In this document: positions 59,401-64,000 of the stretch, one piece after another
Layout of the letters: every line of letters starts with the position of its first letter
How positions within the stretch are numbered: position 1 is the first letter of the stretch
Assembly: GCA_963662285.2 (NCBI GenBank)
Contig: CAXXMV010000001.1
Coordinates: 320,001 to 384,000 of the forward strand
Length of the DNA stretch: 64,000 bases
Direction: 5' to 3'
Source: a bacterium
Lineage (GTDB): Bacteria > Hinthialibacterota > Hinthialibacteria > Hinthialibacterales > Hinthialibacteraceae
Notes under the pieces: generated by a model
Databases searched by the model: none
Seen by the model: only the letters and a program-made list of their open reading frames with translations
Told to the model about the DNA's origin: nothing
Translations under genes and position numbers: made by a program

Positions 59401-61607
59401 CGTTGCGTTTCACCAGTTGAGATATTCCATAATTTAGCGCTATTGTCCTTGCTGCCAGTCAGTACGCTTAATCCGTCAGGCGATACAGCCACAGTATTGA
59501 CCGCAGAGCGGTGTCCTGTATAAGTCAGTAGTATTTCACCAGTTAGAACATCCCATATTTTGGCTGTTTTATCATCACTGCAAGTTAAGATTTTGGTGTT
59601 ATCAGTCGAGAAGACAACGCCATTAACCGCTTCATTGTGTCCAAAAAAGGATAACAGTTCGGCGCCAGTCGCCACACTCCAGATTTTTATGGTTCCATCC
59701 TGGCTGCTCGACGCCAGCATTGTTCCATCAGGAGAGAAAGCCAGCGACAAAATATCGCCGCTATGTCCGATAAAGCGCTTGGTGGGCATTCCCGTGTCGG
59801 ATGACCAGAGAATCAATTCCTGCCCTCCTGCCGTGGCCAGTGATAATCCTTCCGGCGAGTAGACCACAACTTTAACCGGCCCCAGACCGAATATTTTCTC
59901 ACCGGATGCTCCGGTAAGAAGAGGGATAGTATACGGAGTCGGCGTAGGACTTGGAGCAATTGTTGGAGTCGGCGTTATAGTTGGAGCAAAAGGCGGCTCA
60001 CCATCTGAGAAGAAGATTGAAAGCAAGTAGTCGCGCACTACAGTATACGAATCGTTGGGAGAACGTTTTACAGCGATGTAATAGGTTCCGATAGTTTGAA
60101 TGTCATAACGGATTTCAGGATACTCTTCATCATCGCTGGTTGCGAGCATTTGACCCTGGTTATTATAAACCTCTATACGGGCGTTGCGGTCTATGGTAGT
60201 TGCATGACCGATTGTACAAACCAATTCCCGGCCCAGATCAGCGCTGACAACATTGATTTTGAACCAGTCTTCGGCGTCTTCATAGGTTTCTTCCATCGTA
60301 GTTCCTGAAATATCGAATGAAGAGAGAGCGCCGATAATGGGGAGACCGATTTGAGCCGTCATGCTTTTCTCAAGACTATCATTATCTTCAATTTCCTGGA
60401 TAGCGTCATGGCTGGCCAGCCATGAATAAGTCTTATGTTCTGCAATAGCCTTATCGAGCAGTGTTTGAGCGCCTTCATAGTTATATCGCGCATAATAATG
60501 GGCGATAAAAGCTTTAACGGTTGGTGGAATATCAGGATAAACCTGATAAAAGAGCGTTTCATCATCCATAAAGGTATTCATGAAGAGACGGCTCCAGTTG
60601 GAAGAAGAGAAATTCTCACTCCCCAGTGTGAACGACGCTTGTTTAGGCGGCAAGCCTTTGATAGTAGGCCAAGCCAGCCAATCGATCAGGTAATTCTCTA
60701 ATACATCATCCGCATTAGAATTAATGTAAGCTGTCCATGGCTCAATCAAACCGATCAGATGCCCCAGTTCGCGTTGGAAGATATTGCTGATAGCAAAAGC
60801 AAAGATTGAGTTGCCTTCAGTATTGGTTCGTTTGAAGGTGTCGCTGGAAAAGATATAAGAATAAGGGTTGCCGGGTGAACGCTTGTAAAGCGCTGTCGGG
60901 GCGCCATTATCCGTTAAACTGAGGAAAGCGTTTAAGTTAGGATAATCACGCCTGATCTGAAACACGGCGGTATCGCCGCTCCAGGCGCCAAAGAGAGTGG
61001 CTTGCGAGACCACGCCATCCAATTCAGCAGGAAAAGAGGTCGCTTCAATCACAAGATGATGAGTTCCATCACTAACTTCCAGGAACTCCAAACCTACGTT
61101 TTTAAGAGCCTCGTTATACATGGAGATAGTACGTCGTAATTCGCTTTCAAAGGTCAGCACATCCCCTGAGTTGTAAATCCCGCTGTTAATAAACCCGGAA
61201 AAATCAATCTTAAAACGGCATTCACGTAAACCATTACTGTTTGAATCGGTCCGGCTATCGGACAGACCAAAGTAATAAGATGGCCAGCGATATACGTTTT
61301 TAACCTGGTTGGCGCTTTCTCGATTCCAAAAATCCACGGGAACAAGGTTGGGATCGGTTGATATCTTTTTACCTTCAAGTAGACGCTGTAATTGGTGATT
61401 AAGATATATTTCAGTACCGGATTTAGGTGGAGAAATCTGGCTGGCCCATGTTGCCTGGACCATCAATAATGCAATTACAATAAGTGAAAAAATGGAGAGT
61501 GCCCGGCTAAAACGGACGCTTGACATACGGATAGAACTATACAATGGAATCATTGCTCTAACCTCAACCCTTCGAAAAAAATCAAATAATAGAAATAGGC
61601 GCATCAC
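56424..61607 (-). CDS. Giant secreted multidomain protein: degenerate metzincin-like domain, PPC-like domain, 14 WD40 repeats, Pro/Thr linkers, 4 copies of an unnamed ~100-120 aa domain
   Basis: Signal peptide (true start probably 61525-61552); RELGHLIGLIE; GH..WD repeats; PTPT linkers; 4x VTD...L.IRWN...YHVYV...PQFG..Y.F. Confidence 0.85.
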   Translation of the reverse strand: MMRLFLLFDFFRRVEVRAMIPLYSSIRMSSVRFSRALSIFSLIVIALLMVQATWASQISPPKSGTEIYLNHQLQRLLEGKKISTDPNLVPVDFWNRESANQVKNVYRWPSYYFGLSDSRTDSNSNGLRECRFKIDFSGFINSGIYNSGDVLTFESELRRTISMYNEALKNVGLEFLEVSDGTHHLVIEATSFPAELDGVVSQATLFGAWSGDTAVFQIRRDYPNLNAFLSLTDNGAPTALYKRSPGNPYSYIFSSDTFKRTNTEGNSIFAFAISNIFQRELGHLIGLIEPWTAYINSNADDVLENYLIDWLAWPTIKGLPPKQASFTLGSENFSSSNWSRLFMNTFMDDETLFYQVYPDIPPTVKAFIAHYYARYNYEGAQTLLDKAIAEHKTYSWLASHDAIQEIEDNDSLEKSMTAQIGLPIIGALSSFDISGTTMEETYEDAEDWFKINVVSADLGRELVCTIGHATTIDRNARIEVYNNQGQMLATSDDEEYPEIRYDIQTIGTYYIAVKRSPNDSYTVVRDYLLSIFFSDGEPPFAPTITPTPTIAPSPTPTPYTIPLLTGASGEKIFGLGPVKVVVYSPEGLSLATAGGQELILWSSDTGMPTKRFIGHSGDILSLAFSPDGTMLASSSQDGTIKIWSVATGAELLSFFGHNEAVNGVVFSTDNTKILTCSDDKTAKIWDVLTGEILLTYTGHRSAVNTVAVSPDGLSVLTGSKDNSAKLWNISTGETQRTFSGHSSAVQSVAFSASGDAIFTGSLDTTAKLWDIQTGAVLNSFKSGSVNSVDLSSDGSTAALGGSGGAKLADLTSGEFIHTLLSGSAKVLSLSFSPNGTRVAVVGDDNSLQVFDASTGQKVQSLSGHTSGINAAVYSPDGLQIASGGVDNLVRVWRESTGAILRSFDTVHDSAINAIAYSPDGTQVLTGSDDTTAVLWDAGSGEVKRIFLGHTGSVDAVAFTPDGSRILTGSSDKTVRLWDVSSGKTINVYDQQTAAINALTISPDGITFLLADDNGMVAEWNMLSGEPVFALGGNGIPALSVAVSIDGAQIAAGFSDHMVYVWDHASRDLIVSFNTPGVVNAVAFSPIKPWLLVSGDETIKLWNLEQMLVLDEFKGHNATVNSVVFAPNGRSFLSGGSDGSLRIWDIAETVDATPTPTATSTFTPTYTPTPTFTNTPTFTLTPTFTPTATPTPTFTATPTPTAVPVDVPANTIYVTDTLQTTEDLLGGTDIDDVDNRQLAIRWNIQAENILSYHVYVRTNNGDPVFIGQSRNPEIKFFNWTEPQFGNFYSFQVYAIIDGAASVPLTTKKRVFYQTAELPTPTPTVGSVIFDVPENSIVVTDNLWSTENLIGSFDQDAANQRSLTIRWNMVDPDVIDYHVYVKINDGDPNYIGRTGTSDISYLDWLEPQFGNRYLFIIFGLKEGAPFTSLIAEDEMFYQSSFNPTPTPTATATATPTPTNTPVNFFVPDNKVYVTDDFGSNENLVGLYDKDEESDRALAIHWNFSEEGMIDYHVYVSVQGSVDFFLARTGSGDITSMEWRENGSGISPMFLQGPQFGSQYSFSVFGIRQDLSTALIRTDSIVLYEAEGSPIPTVTPTPTVTPTPRIAPNSMIVADHTHDFIGLSNGEDYDIGSNRDLVIRWNFAYEDVTDYHIYISVNGGNPEYLGRTASANVDFYEWKVNAPKINPKYWNGPEFGKSYQFYLYILFSDGSNDGPFSHKGPVKFLEWIEP

Positions 61608-61685
61608 GCCTTATGTGGGATTTTTTCATCATTCCAAGGTAATGTCAAGTGAAATTTAATTCATTTCATGCTAAATACAACGAAA

Positions 61686-62615
61686 TTAGTGACTTAGTAT
61701 ATCAATAATTTTTTGCCCACCATCGGTTTTTATGGCTTGGGCTAGGGAGCGGCCAGTTAATGCGGGATGCAGAAGAGACGCTTCGATTTTTTTGCGGATC
61801 AGATTCTTCCCATCAAGCGATGAGATTAGCCCGTGAAGCATCATGATATCCTCGCTTATAATTGAGTAAGCAGCAATGGGAACCTGACAGCCGCCTTCCA
61901 ACTCAGACAGGAAAGCCCGTTCCGCTTGAACTCCAACCGCTGTGTCTGGATCATTGATCGATTCGACTAACGCAATGGTTCTATGGTCATCAATCCGCGT
62001 TTCAACCGCCAAAGCGCCCTGAGCGGGAGCGGGCAGCATTTCTTCTATAGATAGTACGCCGGATATTTTATCCACCCATCCCATACGGCGCATCCCGGCT
62101 TCGGCCATTATCAGCGCATCCCAATCTGAGTCATGAAATTTTTGCAGACGCGTATTCACGTTACCTCTGACATCGACCACCACTGCATCTGGACGAGCCG
62201 CCATAATCTGCGCTCTACGCCGTAGGCTGCCAGTCGCGATAACCGGATTTGCAGGCAACTCGCTTAAACTGGCGGCGCCGCGCGATATCAAGGCGTCGAA
62301 AGGGGAATCCCGTTCTGGAATGGAGGAGATAGTCAATCCATCAGGAAGTTGAGTGGGAAGGTCTTTGAAACTATGCACCGCAAAATCAATGGCGCCATCC
62401 AAAAGAGCAATTTCTATTTCCTTGGTAAAAAGCCCCTTATCGCCGATTTGAACCAAAGGTTTATCCAGGATTTTATCGCCGGTGGTTTGGATAACCTCAA
62501 TCTCGATGACAATATCAGGATTGGCGTCCTGCAATAATGACTGTACGCGCTCAGCCTGCCACATGGCTAAAGGGCTGCCCCGCGTACCTAACTTGAAGAG
62601 TAAATTCTTATTCAT
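61686..62615 (-). CDS. hemC: Hydroxymethylbilane synthase
   Basis: GTRGSPLAMWQA, GLFTKEIE, VHSFKDLP, GSLRR, EGGCQVP. Confidence 0.97.
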   Translation of the reverse strand: MNKNLLFKLGTRGSPLAMWQAERVQSLLQDANPDIVIEIEVIQTTGDKILDKPLVQIGDKGLFTKEIEIALLDGAIDFAVHSFKDLPTQLPDGLTISSIPERDSPFDALISRGAASLSELPANPVIATGSLRRRAQIMAARPDAVVVDVRGNVNTRLQKFHDSDWDALIMAEAGMRRMGWVDKISGVLSIEEMLPAPAQGALAVETRIDDHRTIALVESINDPDTAVGVQAERAFLSELEGGCQVPIAAYSIISEDIMMLHGLISSLDGKNLIRKKIEASLLHPALTGRSLAQAIKTDGGQKIIDILSH

Positions 62616-62622
62616 TTGTAGT

Positions 62623-63606
62623 TCACGTATTCAGATTTGTTATTTGATTAGTAACGCATTCCGCCAAAAAATCAATAAAATCCGCATCATCATTCAAACA
62701 TGGCAGATGGATATATTCATCGATCCCAATATCATGCAGGATTTTTTTAGATTCCAATTGCGTCTCCGCATTGTCGGCCAAAAAACCGAAAGGATAATAG
62801 ATTAAACGCTTGATTTTTTGATTACGCATTTCATCGGCCGCAGTTTCAAGCGTAGGGGTCGTCCAATCACCGCCCACCCTGTGATTCATCCAGCCAATAT
62901 TTAACATCTTAAATTCTGAGTGTAGTTGTTTTTCAATTAGATCATATAATCGTTTGGTATCATTGTATCCTGTATCGCTTATGCCAGCGGGTGGATTGAT
63001 CACCGTTCCATGACATCCCAGCAGTAAACCACATTGGCCGCAATCTTCTGATGAAATACCTTCTTCTGCAATTTTGCGGCGTATAAAACCAACCATCTGT
63101 TCAGCTAATTGATCCAGATAGTTGCGAAAGGTGCAGAACCTGACATCTGTAAACGAGTGTTTGTTTACTGTTTGATATTGATTAAAATCACGCTGCGAGA
63201 TTCCCGTTGTGAAATCTGATTCAGCGGTATACATAGGAATCATTAAGAGCAGATCGCCAGGATCACCGAGGATTCCATCAAGAATATGGCTTAAAGACGG
63301 ATCGCGGAATTCATAAGCCGCCTGAACTCTCCATGCGTGATCCGTTACCGTCTTGCATAAGGCCATACGCAGCAGATGGGCCTGTTGTTCAGTGATAGAT
63401 TCAAGCAGCGAAGAATAATTGTTCGCTTTATAATTTTTAACCCGAATTCTTCCACGCCAGGCGCCGATTAACGGGATGACCAACTTGGGGATTGGCGCCA
63501 CCAGCCGGGTTAATTTATTCAAAATACGATTAGAATAACGCCATTGATCCAGGAAAGCGGCGTTAACCGGCTCTCCGTATGATAACAGGACGATATCTAT
63601 CTTCAT
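62623..63606 (-). CDS. hemH: Ferrochelatase (divergent)
   Basis: LLSYGEP, IPMY, LLGCHG, WTTP, PFGFLADNAETQLE, PCLNDDADFI; lies between hemY and hemC. Confidence 0.8.
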   Translation of the reverse strand: MKIDIVLLSYGEPVNAAFLDQWRYSNRILNKLTRLVAPIPKLVIPLIGAWRGRIRVKNYKANNYSSLLESITEQQAHLLRMALCKTVTDHAWRVQAAYEFRDPSLSHILDGILGDPGDLLLMIPMYTAESDFTTGISQRDFNQYQTVNKHSFTDVRFCTFRNYLDQLAEQMVGFIRRKIAEEGISSEDCGQCGLLLGCHGTVINPPAGISDTGYNDTKRLYDLIEKQLHSEFKMLNIGWMNHRVGGDWTTPTLETAADEMRNQKIKRLIYYPFGFLADNAETQLESKKILHDIGIDEYIHLPCLNDDADFIDFLAECVTNQITNLNT

Positions 63607-64000
63607 GCAGACTCTCTTAAGAATTCACTTACATTAAGCGCAGTCTCTTTAGCAATCCTGATGCAATCATTGGATGAAACGCCGCTCAGGTAATTCCCGA
63701 TACAATGCAATCCGGGGTGATTTTTTAATTGGTTATTCAATGCTTCTATCTGGTCAACATGCCCGACCGGGTATTGGGGGATGGCCTGCTTCCAACGGAA
63801 AATCCGTTGGATTTCCGGCTCGCCTTGAGCGCCGATAGCGATCTTCAGGTCTTTCTTGATTTGCGCCGATATTTCATCATCGGAAAGTTGGAAAGCCGCC
63901 GGATCTAATCCCCCGCCAATGAAGACGCTGAAACTACAACATCCTCCAGGAGCGCGCCGCGGGAAGAGGCTGGAATTCCAAATGCTGCCCAGAATACGAA
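63603..64000 (-). CDS. hemY: HemY-type proto/coproporphyrinogen oxidase, C-terminal part (5' end outside window)
   Basis: Hand translation: ILGSIWNSSLFPRRAP..FIGG..RWKQAIPQYPVGH..GNYLSGVSSNDCI; ATGA overlap with hemH. Confidence 0.88.
   Translation of the reverse strand, partial: RILGSIWNSSLFPRRAPGGCCSFSVFIGGGLDPAAFQLSDDEISAQIKKDLKIAIGAQGEPEIQRIFRWKQAIPQYPVGHVDQIEALNNQLKNHPGLHCIGNYLSGVSSNDCIRIAKETALNVSEFLRESA

Overview
A bacterial chromosomal window of moderate-to-low GC with patchy composition. It contains no rRNA, tRNA, CRISPR array or intact transposase that I can support. Housekeeping genes: uvrC, rlmI-like, plsC-rpsA, obgE-proB, hemY(partial)-hemH-hemC, bshC, UDP-glucuronate decarboxylase, and an aminotransferase/omega-amidase pair. 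Accessory content: several large secreted repeat proteins (lectin-PDZ, M23-PKD, a propeller-like protein with a strong promoter and structured leader, and a 1727-aa pseudo-metzincin/WD40/PT-linker protein with a fourfold-repeated unnamed domain); an ECF sigma/anti-sigma trio; an AT-rich type II R-M pair abutting an unannotated, 5'-truncated addiction-module antitoxin and a degenerate attC-like site; a hydroxyproline dehydratase (HypD) glycyl radical enzyme with a short activase; a GT2/GT-C pair; two mosaic hybrid histidine kinases; an arsR-arsP-arsEFG-like operon with two copies of an operator palindrome; a divergent ABC module; an orphan MTase; and two families of REP-like elements. The protein style suggests an uncultured PVC-adjacent/candidate-phylum organism (inference only). 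All family assignments come from motif recognition by eye, not database searches.
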